DNA of 64,000 nucleotides from an uncultured Gemmatimonadaceae bacterium. Its GTDB lineage: Bacteria > Gemmatimonadota > Gemmatimonadetes > Gemmatimonadales > Gemmatimonadaceae. The notes below the pieces were generated by a model. That model was not told the origin of the DNA. It saw only the letters and a program-made list of their open reading frames with translations, and ran no database searches. Position 1 is the first letter of the stretch. Every line of letters begins with the position of its first letter. The translations under genes were made by a program, and so were the position numbers. Positions 30,099 through 40,264 of the stretch are shown here, piece after piece. Location of the stretch: positions 64,001 through 128,000 of the forward strand of contig CAWJMB010000002.1 in the NCBI GenBank assembly GCA_963843845.1, given 5' to 3'.

Positions 30099-31313
30099 AT
30101 GCGATGCATCTCGCTCTCGGCGGTCGCCCTCACCCTCGCGACGAGCGCTTCCGCGCAGACGACGGTGCTCCGCGCCGGCCGGCTCGTCGACGGCACGGGG
30201 AAGACGATGACGAACGTCGACGTCACCGTGCGCGGCGAGAAGATCGAATCCATCAGGCCGGCGTCCGGCGCGCTCCCGCCGAACGGGATCGACCTGCGCG
30301 CCCGCACGCTGCTCCCGGGGCTCGTCGACACGCACGTGCACCTCGGCTGGTACCTGAACGACAGGGGCCGCCTGCACACCGCCGACGACGGCGACTCCCC
30401 GGCGAAGCAGGCGCTCGCGCACGCCGGCAACGCGTGGGCGACGCTGCGCGCCGGCTTCACGACCGTGCAGAGCGTCGGCGAGCCGGAGAACGGCCCGCTC
30501 CGCGACGCGATCGCCGCCGGCCGCGTCCCCGGGCCGCGCGTGCTGACGTCGCTGGGCTCCCTGAACGAGCGCACGCGCGGCGGCTCGCCGGACTCGCTCC
30601 GCGCCGCGGTGCGCCGCTTCCAGGCGCAGGGCGCGGACCTCGTGAAGGTCTTCGCGTCGAAGAGCATCCGCGACGGCGGGGAGGCGACGATGACCCCCGA
30701 GCAGCTCGCCGCCGTCTGCGGCGAGGCGAAGGCGCTCGGCCTCCGCACGCTCGTCCACGCGCACTCCGCCGAGTCGGTGAAGCGGGCGGCGCGCGCCGGG
30801 TGCACGCAGGTCGAGCACGGCGTCTTCGTCGACCCGGAGGCGTTGCAGCTGATGGCCGAGCGCGGCGTCTACTTCGACCCGCAGTGCGGGCTCGTCTTCC
30901 GCAACTACCTCGACAACCGCGCGACGTTCGCGGGGATCGGCAACTACAACGACGAGGGCTTCGCGGCGATGGACCGGGCGATCCCGCTCGCCGAGGCGGG
31001 CGTGCGCCGGGCCTTCGCGACGCCGGGGCTCAAGGTCGTGTTCGGGACCGACGCCGTCGCCGGCGCGCACGGACGGAACGCCGAGGAGCTGGTGTGCCGC
31101 GTGCAGCGCGCCGGGCAGTCCGCGCTCGACGCCATCACGAGCGCCACGTCGCTCGCCGCCGAGTCGATGGGGCTCGGCGCGTCGCTCGGGCGGGTGGCGC
31201 CGGGGTACGCGGCGGACCTCGTGGCGACCGACGGCGACCCGTCGCGCGACATCACGATGCTGCGCCGCGTGCGCTTCGTGATGCGCGGCGGCCGCGTCTA
31301 CCGCAACGACTAG
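30099..31313 (+). CDS. Secreted metal-dependent amidohydrolase (Xaa-Pro dipeptidase-like)
   Basis: PGLVDTHVH, VKVFA, HAH, EHG and FGTD motifs; signal peptide. Confidence 0.9.
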   Translation: MRCISLSAVALTLATSASAQTTVLRAGRLVDGTGKTMTNVDVTVRGEKIESIRPASGALPPNGIDLRARTLLPGLVDTHVHLGWYLNDRGRLHTADDGDSPAKQALAHAGNAWATLRAGFTTVQSVGEPENGPLRDAIAAGRVPGPRVLTSLGSLNERTRGGSPDSLRAAVRRFQAQGADLVKVFASKSIRDGGEATMTPEQLAAVCGEAKALGLRTLVHAHSAESVKRAARAGCTQVEHGVFVDPEALQLMAERGVYFDPQCGLVFRNYLDNRATFAGIGNYNDEGFAAMDRAIPLAEAGVRRAFATPGLKVVFGTDAVAGAHGRNAEELVCRVQRAGQSALDAITSATSLAAESMGLGASLGRVAPGYAADLVATDGDPSRDITMLRRVRFVMRGGRVYRND

Positions 31314-31555
31314 CGGATCAGCGCCTCGATCCCGACCGTCCGCATCGTCCCGTCCGGCCCCGGCGCGAGCCGCCGCCGCACCGAGATGCTCCCCCCGTCC
31401 GCGAACACGCGGATCGACAGCTCGACGTCCGTTCCCATCGGCTCGTCGAGCCGCGGCACGATGCGGCGCGACGCCGTCTCCACCTCGCGCGCCGTGTGCG
31501 GGCGGCGTGGCAGCGGCAGGTAGCCGGGTACGAGGTCGTGAGAGATCGGGCGCAT
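31310..31555 (-). CDS. Small hypothetical protein
   Basis: ORF with plausible codon use filling the gap between genes. Confidence 0.4.
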   Translation of the reverse strand: MRPISHDLVPGYLPLPRRPHTAREVETASRRIVPRLDEPMGTDVELSIRVFADGGSISVRRRLAPGPDGTMRTVGIEALIR

Positions 31556-31692
31556 CTGGAATGCGAGTATCGGACGGTGACGGTGTTCTACGGTAGGAGC
31601 GCTCGGCGATTTGCGAAAGGAAAAACTTTCGTCGAGGAGGTCCGTCGGCCATTCTGTGCAGAGCATTCTGTGCAGCGCACGCAAACGCCCCG

Positions 31693-32232
31693 ATGATCAC
31701 GATCACCGCCGCGGAGTGGCCCGACGCCCCGGCCATCGCCGCGCTGAACAACGAGTTCGCTCCCGACGGGCTGACGCTCCGCCGCACGCCGGAGTTCGTG
31801 GCCGCGCGCATCGACGCCTACCGCGTGGCACGCGACGACGACGGGCGCCTCGTCGGCTGCGTCGCCGTCGACGACTACGCTCCGTCGCTGGCCGAGCTGA
31901 TCTCGCTCGCCGTCGCCGCCGACATGCAGGGGAACGGCCTCGGCCGCGTCCTCGTCGCGGAAGCCGAACGCGTGGCGCGACTGCGCGACTACGACGAGCT
32001 GTTCGCGATCTCGCTCGCCGAGTCGCTGTTCCTCGGCATGGGATGGGGAGAGTCGAGCATCGTGCTCTACCCGGAGAAGCAGGCGCGCTACCGCACGATC
32101 TCGCGATCCGAGCTGTCGATCGGGCGGAAGTTCTGCTTCACGCGGACGTTGGGCTCGGGGATGGGGGATGGGGGATCGGGTGGCGATCCACTCCCGACCC
32201 CCGACCCCCGACCCCCGATTCCTCGCCGTTAG
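31693..32232 (+). CDS. GNAT N-acetyltransferase (ArgA-like)
   Basis: AELISLAVAADMQGNGLGRVLV acetyl-CoA-binding motif. Confidence 0.85.
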   Translation: MITITAAEWPDAPAIAALNNEFAPDGLTLRRTPEFVAARIDAYRVARDDDGRLVGCVAVDDYAPSLAELISLAVAADMQGNGLGRVLVAEAERVARLRDYDELFAISLAESLFLGMGWGESSIVLYPEKQARYRTISRSELSIGRKFCFTRTLGSGMGDGGSGGDPLPTPDPRPPIPRR

Positions 32233-32246
32233 CCAGTCCCCACTCC

Positions 32247-33320
32247 ATGATCGCCGCCGTCACCGGCTCGTCGGGCTTCATCGGCGCGCGGCTCGTCGAC
32301 GCGCTGCTGTGGCGCGGGTGGACGGTGCGGCGGCTCGTGCGCGCGCAGTCGACGCCGGCGGCGAGCCTGGCGAGCGTGGCGAGCGTGGCGACGCACGGCT
32401 CGTCGCGGCGCTCGCCAGGCTCGACGCCGGCGCGCGATCCGTTAGGCACGCTCGAGACACACGTCGTCGACTTCGGGAACGTCGACGCGCTCGCCGCCTC
32501 GCCCGCGCTCGATGACGTCGACGTCGTCTTCCACCTCGCCGGCGTCACGAAGGCGCGTTCCGACGACGAGTTCCGCGCCGGCAACGTCGCGCCGACCGCG
32601 GCGCTCCTCGACGCGATCGCCGCCCGCACCGCGCGAGGCGCACCGCCGCCGCGCCGGTTCCTGCTCGTCTCGTCGCAAGCCGCCGCCGGCCCGGCCGAAT
32701 CGGCGGAGCGGGCGGTGACCGAGGAGGACGCGCCGCGGCCGTTCGAGGGGTACGGGCGGAGCAAGCTGGAAGCGGAGCGTGTGCTGCGCGAGCACGCGGC
32801 CGGCGTGCCGTGGACGATCGCGCGCCCCGCCGCCGTCTACGGCCCCGGCGACGCCGACTTCCTCGCGCTCTTCCGCCAGGCCGCTCACGGACTCGGCCTC
32901 TACCCCGGCGACCGCGACGCGCGGCTGTCGATCGTCTACGTCGACGACGCCGTCGACGCGATCCTCCGCGCCGGTACGCACCCGGCGGCGGCGGGGCGCG
33001 TCTACTTCGTCGAGAGCACCGACGCGTCGTGGCGCGACGTCTACCGCGCCGTCTCCCAGGCCGCGCGCAGCGCGCTTCACGTCGAGCTCGACCTTCCCGA
33101 CTGGGCGCTCACGATCGCCGGCCACGCGGGAGACGCCTTCGCGCGGCTCACGGGACGGGCGGCGCTCGTCAACTCGGCGAAGATCGCGCTGGGCAGGCCG
33201 AAATGGTGGCTGTGCAGCGGGGAGCGGGCGCGCGAGGAGCTGGGGATCGTGGCGCGGGTGTCGCTCGCGGACGGGGCGAAGAGGACGCTCGCGTGGTATC
33301 GGGCGGAAGGCTTGCTGTGA
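32247..33320 (+). CDS. NAD-dependent epimerase/dehydratase
   Basis: VTGSSGFIG, VFHLAG, YGRSK and RP..VYGPGD motifs. Confidence 0.9.
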   Translation: MIAAVTGSSGFIGARLVDALLWRGWTVRRLVRAQSTPAASLASVASVATHGSSRRSPGSTPARDPLGTLETHVVDFGNVDALAASPALDDVDVVFHLAGVTKARSDDEFRAGNVAPTAALLDAIAARTARGAPPPRRFLLVSSQAAAGPAESAERAVTEEDAPRPFEGYGRSKLEAERVLREHAAGVPWTIARPAAVYGPGDADFLALFRQAAHGLGLYPGDRDARLSIVYVDDAVDAILRAGTHPAAAGRVYFVESTDASWRDVYRAVSQAARSALHVELDLPDWALTIAGHAGDAFARLTGRAALVNSAKIALGRPKWWLCSGERAREELGIVARVSLADGAKRTLAWYRAEGLL

Positions 33321-33441
33321 CGGCGGGGCTCACGCCGTTCCCGCTTCCGGCATTCTGGACTCGTGCGAGCACGCCGTCTGCTAGAGTGCCAGCGACTCAG
33401 ACTCCCTGCTCGACGACCGACCGCGCGAGAGGCTTTCGACC

Positions 33442-33702
33442 ATGCGACCCCGTCGACTCCGCAGGATGACCGCCGCCGCGATGCAGCGCCGGCGCGCCGC
33501 GTTCTACGTGCTGGTGCACCAGCACGAGCACGAACCCGACGAGTACTTCATCGACCCCGCGGCGCGCCTCTACGACGACATGGTCGTCGCGCTCCCGCCG
33601 CTGCCGCCGCGCCGCGCCGCGCGCTTCCGCGATCAGCTCGAGCTCTGGCCGGTGCACGTCGCCCTGCCGATGCGAGCGCCGGCGATCGCGCTGAGCGCGT
33701 GA
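33442..33702 (+). CDS. Small hypothetical protein
   Basis: 86-aa ORF with host-like codon use. Confidence 0.45.
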   Translation: MRPRRLRRMTAAAMQRRRAAFYVLVHQHEHEPDEYFIDPAARLYDDMVVALPPLPPRRAARFRDQLELWPVHVALPMRAPAIALSA

Positions 33703-33766
33703 GCACCTCGCGCGCCCCCCGCGCCGCGCGACCCCTTCGCCGCGGAGCCGGCGACGACCTCCGTCG

Positions 33767-34543
33767 CTACCGCTCCGCCTGGCACCGCCGCCCGACCGGC
33801 AGTGCGTAGAGTGCACGCGCCACGGCACGGTCCTCCGCGCTGATCCGCTCCGCCACGACGAGCGGCGCCATCACCGACGTCGGCGCCGCGTGGTGCGCGA
33901 GGCCGAGGGCATGCCCCAGCTCGTGACGAACGACGGCGCGGACGTCGGCCGGGAGGTACGGCGTTCCGTTCGGCGCCGCCGTCGCCACCGTCACGGTCGC
34001 CGCGGCGATGCGGCCGCTCTCGGCGACGGCGAGCGTCGTACGGCCGGCGGTGAAGGTCGCGAGCGGGCTGCCGAGCGTGCCGGCGCCCGGGTCGTTCGGC
34101 GCCGTCTCGAGCGCGCGTGCCCACAGCACGTGCACGTCCGCGCGCGCCGAGTCGCGGCCGACGACGACGCGGAGGCCGGGCACGACGTCCGCCCACGCGC
34201 CGACCCCGTCGACGAGCGCCTCACGCCACTCGACGTCGCGGTAGAGCGTGCCCGGCGCGCTCCGCGGGCGCCCCTGGAGCCAGACGACCAGCGGGCCCCG
34301 CTCGCCGCCCCACCGAGCGACCGCGCTGTGCGTGCTCAGGGCCGCCGCGAGATCCGTAGCGACGGCCGGGGCGCCGCTCCCCTCGCGTCCGGCGACCGTC
34401 TCGCGCGCGAGCGCCGAGCAGGCCAGCATCGGGATCGAGTCGCCCGCGGCCTCGGACACGAGCGTGGGCCCGGCCGTCGGTGGGACGACGGCAGAGGCCA
34501 GAGCGGCGACGGAGGCCGCGAGGAGGGAGGAGAGCAGCACCAT
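33767..34543 (-). CDS. Secreted matrixin-family (metzincin) metalloprotease
   Basis: HELGHALGLAH zinc motif plus SVM Met-turn; signal peptide from ATG at 34543. Confidence 0.85.
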   Translation of the reverse strand: MVLLSSLLAASVAALASAVVPPTAGPTLVSEAAGDSIPMLACSALARETVAGREGSGAPAVATDLAAALSTHSAVARWGGERGPLVVWLQGRPRSAPGTLYRDVEWREALVDGVGAWADVVPGLRVVVGRDSARADVHVLWARALETAPNDPGAGTLGSPLATFTAGRTTLAVAESGRIAAATVTVATAAPNGTPYLPADVRAVVRHELGHALGLAHHAAPTSVMAPLVVAERISAEDRAVARALYALPVGRRCQAER

Positions 34544-34668
34544 CGAGCACCACCGGCGTACGGCGAGAGGCGAGCTCGGCGCGGGCGACCGTCGACCACG
34601 GGACGCGGACCCCTCGCTTCGGCACGCGCGTACTGCCGACGCCCACGTTCGCCAGAAGATACACGTTC

Positions 34669-34730
34669 GTGACAATCGTGACAATGCAGTGACAATGCAG
34701 TGACAATGCAGTGACGATGCGGCGACGATC
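34669..34730. promoter_or_regulatory. 11-bp-phased direct repeats GTGACAATGCA (3 exact plus degenerate copies)
   Basis: Read directly; the reverse strand gives TGTCAC at 11-bp spacing. Confidence 0.6.
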
Positions 34731-34967
34731 GTACACCGTCCGGCCTCGCCGTCGGCCCGAGTCGATCGCCCCGAGGCCGAACGCGTTGGCGACGCCGCCG
34801 GTATCGTGGTGATCCTCGTTCTCGCCGCGCTGTGGTACTGGTCCCGCGCCCGATAGCGGGCGGCCGGGCTGTGGCGCCGCGGGCGACGCGCGGTGCCAGT
34901 CGTGGTACGCGATCGTGACGGGCCGCGACGTACGCGATCCGCGCGCGCGACGCATCGTCTGACGATC

Positions 34968-35099
34968 ATGCGACGCATCCTCGTCTTTCCCCTCCTGCTC
35001 TGCATCGCGGCCATCATCGTCGTCGTGCCCGGCACACGCCTCGGCGACGCCGCGAACCGGTTCGGGCGGCATGTCTTTCACTGGGCGCGCGAAGTGTAG
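34968..35099 (+). CDS. Possible small membrane protein (43 aa)
   Basis: MRRILVFPLLLCIAAIIVVVPG hydrophobic helix. Confidence 0.35.
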   Translation: MRRILVFPLLLCIAAIIVVVPGTRLGDAANRFGRHVFHWAREV

Positions 35100-35396
35100 G
35101 GCCGGCCACGGGTGACGCTCGTCTCGGAGAGCGGGCGGCTCATCGCCTTCGATGCGAACACGCTCGCCGAGCTCGACAACCGGTCGCCGGAGCACTGGGG
35201 GCGCACGCGACCGGGACGCACTTCCACGCCTGCTTCCACCTGAGCGACGCCGCTCCACAGGCGACGTCGATTCACTGCCCGAGCCGGCGACGATCGTGCT
35301 GACGGCACAGCCGAGGTCCTCGGCGTCGGCGCGACGCCTCGCACCACCGCGCCGACAGCACCGCCCCTCCTCGTCCCCCCTGAGTCACACCGTATC

Positions 35397-35440
35397 ACCG
35401 CAGTTCGACCGCAGCTCGACCGCAGCTCGACCGCGCTGAC
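35397..35440. promoter_or_regulatory. 11-bp direct repeats ACCGCAGYTCG upstream of the TonB receptor
   Basis: Three copies plus a degenerate fourth. Confidence 0.5.
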
Positions 35441-35568
35441 ACGGCGGACGAGGAACGGCAGTCGGCACCTCCGGCCGCCCGTTACACGTCCGTTGCAGAG
35501 TCGCGGCACGGCTGATACGGGCGCCGGTGAGATACCAGGCGATGGTTCTTCCCCTCGACCCACTCGCC

Positions 35569-38385
35569 ATGCGACCAGCTCTGGCGTTCCTGTTACTCGC
35601 CACGCCGGCGTTCGCCCAGACGGGCGGTGCGCCGGCGTCTTCACAGCTCCCTGCGGCACAGCAGCCCGGCGCGCGCACCGGCCGGATCGTCGGCCGCATC
35701 GTCGACGCCAACACCGGCGCCGGCATCGCCGACGTCGGCATCCAGATCGTCGGCACGACGTCAGGCACCATCTCCGGCGTCGACGGGCGCTTCACGCTCC
35801 CCGCGGTCGGCGCCGGCCCGGTCTCGATCCTCGCCCGCCGCATCGGCTATCAGGCGAAGACCGTGACCGGCATCGTCGTTCCCGCCGGCGGCTCGGTCGA
35901 GCAGAGCGTCGCGTTAGGCACCGCCGCCGTGCAGCTCGCCGCCGTCACCGCGACCGCGTCGGCCGAGCGCGGCACGGTGAGCGCGGCGCTCGACCAGCAG
36001 CGCACCGCGACCGGCATCGTCAACTCCATCACGGCCGAGCAGATCGCCAAGAGCCCCGACCGCGACGCGGCGCAGGCGGTGCAGCGCGTCAGTGGCGTGA
36101 CCGTCACCGACGGCCGCTACGTGCTCGTCCGCGGACTCGGCGAGCGCTACACGACGACGTCGCTGAACGGCGCGCGCGTGCCGAGCCCGGAGCCGGAGCG
36201 CAAAGTCGTGCCGCTCGACCTCTTTCCGTCGGCGCTGCTGCAGAGCGTGACGACGAGCAAGACGTTCACGCCGGACCAGCCCGGCGACTTCACCGGCGCC
36301 TCGGTCGACATCACGACGCGCGAGTTCCCGGCGCGCCGCCTCATGACGCTGTCGCTCGCGTCGGGGTACAACAGCGCGGTCACCGGGAAAACGGTGCTCA
36401 CCGGCTCGCGGCTCGGCACCGAATGGCTCGGCTTCGCGGGCGCCGGGCGCGACAAGCCGGCGTTGGGCGACGCGCCGGTGCGCGCGCTCTCGGCCGCGGA
36501 CTCGCGGCTGTTCACCGGCTCGCTGCGCAACAACTGGACGCCGTTCGCGTCGCAGGGGCGTCCGAACAGCGGCGTCGGCGCGTCGCTCGGCGGACAGAAC
36601 GCGGTGTTCGGGCAGACGATCGGCTACGTCGCCTCGCTGTCGTACGCGTACAACCAGGAGCGGCGCCGCGACGAGCTGCGCCAGCTCGTCGTCGGCGGCG
36701 GGAGCGCGGAGACGCGGGCGTTCAACACGTTCCGCGGCGAGACCGGGCGCGAGAACGTGCTGTGGGGCGGCATCGCGAACTTCAGCACGCTCATCGGCTC
36801 GCGCACGCGCCTCGCCTTCAACAACCTCTACAACCGCTCGTCGGACAACGAGGCGCACCTCGACAGCGGGTTCGACGAAGGGCTGAGCCCCGACCCGACG
36901 GCGCGCGTGAGCAGCGTGCGCCGCTCGTGGCTCGACTTCGTGGAGCGCACCGTCCGCTCCACCCAGCTGCGTGGCGAGCACACGTTAGGCAGCCGGCAGA
37001 ACCTCGACTGGACGGTCACGTCGTCGGGCGTCACGCGCGACCAGCCCGACCGCACCGACGTCTTCACGCGCAGAGACGACCTCGCGTCGCCGAGCATCCT
37101 GCCGTTGGGCGAGCCGCGCGCGGCGCGGCGGCTGTTCGCCGCGCTGACCGAGAACGTGCTCGCGCCGACGGCGAACTACCGCGTCTCCTTCGGCAGCGAG
37201 TCGGCGCCCTGGCTCTTGAAGCTCGGCGCCTCGCACCGCGACACGCGGCGTGAGGCGTCGGCGGAGCCGTTCTACTTCACGTCGCCGACCGTCACCGAGC
37301 GCGAGCTGCAGCAGACGCCCGAGGCGCTGTTCCCGACGCTCGTCGCGCAGAGCCGCGTCATCGTCGACCGCGACCCGGCGTCGGGTGCGTACGACGCGAC
37401 CGACCGCGTGACCGGCGGCTACGCGATGGCCGAGGTGCCGTTGGGCACGCGGCTCCGCGTGATCGGCGGCGCGCGCGTCGAGCGGTGGCAGCTCGACCTC
37501 GCCACGCGGCAGACCGTGGGCGAGCGCTTCGACTCGACGTACAGAACGACCGACCTGCTGCCGTCGCTCGCGCTCAACGTCACGCTGAGCGACCGCCAGA
37601 ACGTGCGGCTCTCGGCGTCGCGCACGCTGTCGCGGCCGGAGTACCGCGAGCTGTCGCCGCTGCAGGAGCGCGGGCCGATCGGCGACCTCGACTTCATCGG
37701 CAACCCGGCGCTGCAGCGCGCGCTCATCGTGAACGCCGACGCGCGGTGGGAGTTCTATCCGAACCCGGGCGAGCTGTTCTCGGTCGCCGCATTCGCGAAG
37801 CGCTTCGACAGCCCGATCGAGCGCGTGCAGGTGTCGACGAACGGCGGCAACATCTACAGCTTCGTGAACGCCGAGCGGGCGAACAACTACGGCGTGGAGC
37901 TCGAGGCGCGAAAGAACTTCGGCGCGTTCGCCGAGGCGCTGCGGCCGTTCTCGGGGTTCACGAACGTGACGCTGATGCGGAGCGAGATCACGCCCGGCAA
38001 CGGCGACATCAGCGCGCTGACGAGTGCCGACCGCCCGATGGTGGGCCAGGCGCCGTACGTGCTGAACGCCGGGCTCTCGTGGGCGAACGCGAGCGGGCGG
38101 GCGAGCGCGACGGCGCTCTACAACATCGTCGGCCGCGCGATCACGACGACCGGCACGAAGCCGACGCCCGACACGTACCGCGAGGCGCGCAACTCGCTCG
38201 ACCTCTCGGTGCAGCTGCCGCTCGTCGGCGACCTGTCGACGAAGCTGAACGCGCGCAACCTGCTCGACGACGACTGGCTCGAGACCGCGGGCGGCATCAC
38301 GCGCCTGCAGTACCGCACGGGGCGCATCTTCACGGTCGGATTCACGTGGACCCCGAGCGCGTCGGTGCCCGTGACGAATCCGTGA
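35569..38385 (+). CDS. TonB-dependent receptor with N-terminal carboxypeptidase-regulatory-like domain
   Basis: Plug region VRGLGERY...LDLFP; barrel GNPAL, YGVELE, NLLD; terminal aromatic strand. Confidence 0.93.
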   Translation: MRPALAFLLLATPAFAQTGGAPASSQLPAAQQPGARTGRIVGRIVDANTGAGIADVGIQIVGTTSGTISGVDGRFTLPAVGAGPVSILARRIGYQAKTVTGIVVPAGGSVEQSVALGTAAVQLAAVTATASAERGTVSAALDQQRTATGIVNSITAEQIAKSPDRDAAQAVQRVSGVTVTDGRYVLVRGLGERYTTTSLNGARVPSPEPERKVVPLDLFPSALLQSVTTSKTFTPDQPGDFTGASVDITTREFPARRLMTLSLASGYNSAVTGKTVLTGSRLGTEWLGFAGAGRDKPALGDAPVRALSAADSRLFTGSLRNNWTPFASQGRPNSGVGASLGGQNAVFGQTIGYVASLSYAYNQERRRDELRQLVVGGGSAETRAFNTFRGETGRENVLWGGIANFSTLIGSRTRLAFNNLYNRSSDNEAHLDSGFDEGLSPDPTARVSSVRRSWLDFVERTVRSTQLRGEHTLGSRQNLDWTVTSSGVTRDQPDRTDVFTRRDDLASPSILPLGEPRAARRLFAALTENVLAPTANYRVSFGSESAPWLLKLGASHRDTRREASAEPFYFTSPTVTERELQQTPEALFPTLVAQSRVIVDRDPASGAYDATDRVTGGYAMAEVPLGTRLRVIGGARVERWQLDLATRQTVGERFDSTYRTTDLLPSLALNVTLSDRQNVRLSASRTLSRPEYRELSPLQERGPIGDLDFIGNPALQRALIVNADARWEFYPNPGELFSVAAFAKRFDSPIERVQVSTNGGNIYSFVNAERANNYGVELEARKNFGAFAEALRPFSGFTNVTLMRSEITPGNGDISALTSADRPMVGQAPYVLNAGLSWANASGRASATALYNIVGRAITTTGTKPTPDTYREARNSLDLSVQLPLVGDLSTKLNARNLLDDDWLETAGGITRLQYRTGRIFTVGFTWTPSASVPVTNP

Positions 38386-38405
38386 CCGGTTCGACACGGA
38401 AAACT

Positions 38406-38445
38406 GCGACTCCGCGGACATTGTCCGCGGAGTCGCTTTTCTTCG
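38406..38445 (+). terminator. Strong hairpin plus T-tract between the receptor and lipoprotein genes
   Basis: GCGACTCCGCGGAC-ATT-GTCCGCGGAGTCGC-TTTTCTT. Confidence 0.75.
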
Positions 38446-38469
38446 TCCTCCTCTCGGATGCGCAGACCC

Positions 38470-40239
38470 ATGGGACTCTTCCCTCGTACGATTCTGGCGG
38501 CCGGCGCGCTCGCGTCGGCGTTCGCGTCAGGCGCCTGTAGCGGCGACGACAACGGCGACATCGGCACGACGCCGGTGACGCCGGGTACGCCGGGCACGCC
38601 GCCGGCCGCGCCGACGAACCTCACCGCCGTCGCGCTCTCGCCATCGTCGATCCAGCTCACGTGGAGCGGCGTCACCGGCGCGACCGGGTACCGCGTGCAG
38701 CGCGCGGCCGCCTCGACCGGCACGTTCGCGACGATCGCCGCGAACGTCAGCGCGACGACCTACACCGACGTCGGCCTCACGCCGGGCACGTCGTACGCGT
38801 ACCGCGTGCTGACGCTGCGCAACGCCGACACGAGCGCGACCTTCGCGACCGCGAGCGTCGGCTCGCAGCCGCGCCCGACCGTGACGCTCGCCGGCAACCT
38901 CACGACGGCGCGCACGCTGACGCCCGACACGAACTACGTGCTGAGCGGCTTCTACAAGGTGCGCAGCGGCGGCGTGCTGAACATCGCCGCCGGCACCGTC
39001 ATCGTCGGCGACACGCTCGTCGCCGGCTCGTCGCTCTGGATCACGCAGGGCGGCCGCGTGAACGCGCAGGGCACCGCGGCACAGCCGGTCGTCTTCACGT
39101 CGCAGCGCAGCGCCGGCAACCGCGCGCCCGGCGACTGGGGCGGCATCGTCATGATCGGCCGCGCGGTCGCGAACCGCGGCTGCCCGAACGCGGCGAACGC
39201 CTCCTGCGTCGCGACGACGATCACCGAGGGGCCGGCGAGCGGCATCCAGAACGTCGGCGAGAACTACGCCGGCGGCACCGACCCGAACGACGACAGCGGC
39301 ACGCTGCGCTACGTGCGCATCGAGTTCGCCGGCTACGCGATCGACGTCGATCAGGAGCTCAACGGGCTGTCGATGTACGCCGTCGGGCGCGGCACGACGA
39401 TCGAGTACGTGCAGGTGATGTCGGGGCTCGACGACTCGTTCGAGTGGTTCGGCGGCTCGGTCGACGGGCGCTACCTCGTGTCGTACGAGGCGGGCGACGA
39501 CCACTTCGACTGGACCGAGGGCTACAATGGCCGCAATCAGTTCCTGATCGCGCTCCAGACCTACCGCCCGACGCCGCGCCCCGGCGCCGGCTCGGTGTCG
39601 AGCGACCCGCGCGGCTTCGAGGGGGACGGCTGCGAGATCACGAAGGCCGGCTGCCCGGACTTCAACAACCGGCCGTACTCGGAGCCGGTGTTCGCGAACT
39701 TCACCCTCGTCGGCTCGGGTCCTGGCGTCTTCGCCGGCGTCTCGGCGGCGAACACGAGCGGCGCGACGATCCGCCGCGGCTCGGGCGGGGTGCTCGTGAA
39801 CGGCGTCATCGCGCGCTGGCAGGGGATCGGCCTGAACGTCGTCGACGCGCAGACCGACGCGCGGCGCGCCGAGGACTCGCTGTTCGTGAGCAGCGTGGTG
39901 TTCGCCGGCAACGCCGGCGGCAACTTCAACGCGACCGGCACGGGCTTCGGCCAGGTCACGAACTTCCCGAACAACGAGGACTCCGCGGCCGACGCGGCGA
40001 CGCTGTTCACCGCCCTGCCGGCGGCCGGCACGACGCCGACGCTCGCCGGGCTCGACTGGGCGCCGTCGACGACGTCGGTGCTGCGGACGGGCGGGCTGAC
40101 GACGTTCCCGGCCCGCGTCGCGGCGCGCGTCGCGAACTTCTTCGGCGGGGCGCTGACGGCCACGGCGTACCGCGGCGCGGCCGACCCGGCGTCGTCGACG
40201 AAGTGGTGGCAGGGGTGGACGAACTACGCGCGGAACTGA
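38470..40239 (+). CDS. Lipoprotein with FN3 domain and beta-helix-like domain
   Basis: Lipobox SGA-C; APTNL...LTW...YRV (FN3); GDWGGI, DDSGTLRYVRIEFAG and DDSFEWFGG. Confidence 0.85.
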   Translation: MGLFPRTILAAGALASAFASGACSGDDNGDIGTTPVTPGTPGTPPAAPTNLTAVALSPSSIQLTWSGVTGATGYRVQRAAASTGTFATIAANVSATTYTDVGLTPGTSYAYRVLTLRNADTSATFATASVGSQPRPTVTLAGNLTTARTLTPDTNYVLSGFYKVRSGGVLNIAAGTVIVGDTLVAGSSLWITQGGRVNAQGTAAQPVVFTSQRSAGNRAPGDWGGIVMIGRAVANRGCPNAANASCVATTITEGPASGIQNVGENYAGGTDPNDDSGTLRYVRIEFAGYAIDVDQELNGLSMYAVGRGTTIEYVQVMSGLDDSFEWFGGSVDGRYLVSYEAGDDHFDWTEGYNGRNQFLIALQTYRPTPRPGAGSVSSDPRGFEGDGCEITKAGCPDFNNRPYSEPVFANFTLVGSGPGVFAGVSAANTSGATIRRGSGGVLVNGVIARWQGIGLNVVDAQTDARRAEDSLFVSSVVFAGNAGGNFNATGTGFGQVTNFPNNEDSAADAATLFTALPAAGTTPTLAGLDWAPSTTSVLRTGGLTTFPARVAARVANFFGGALTATAYRGAADPASSTKWWQGWTNYARN

Positions 40240-40264
40240 GCCCGGCGCTCCGCGTGGCCGCGGC

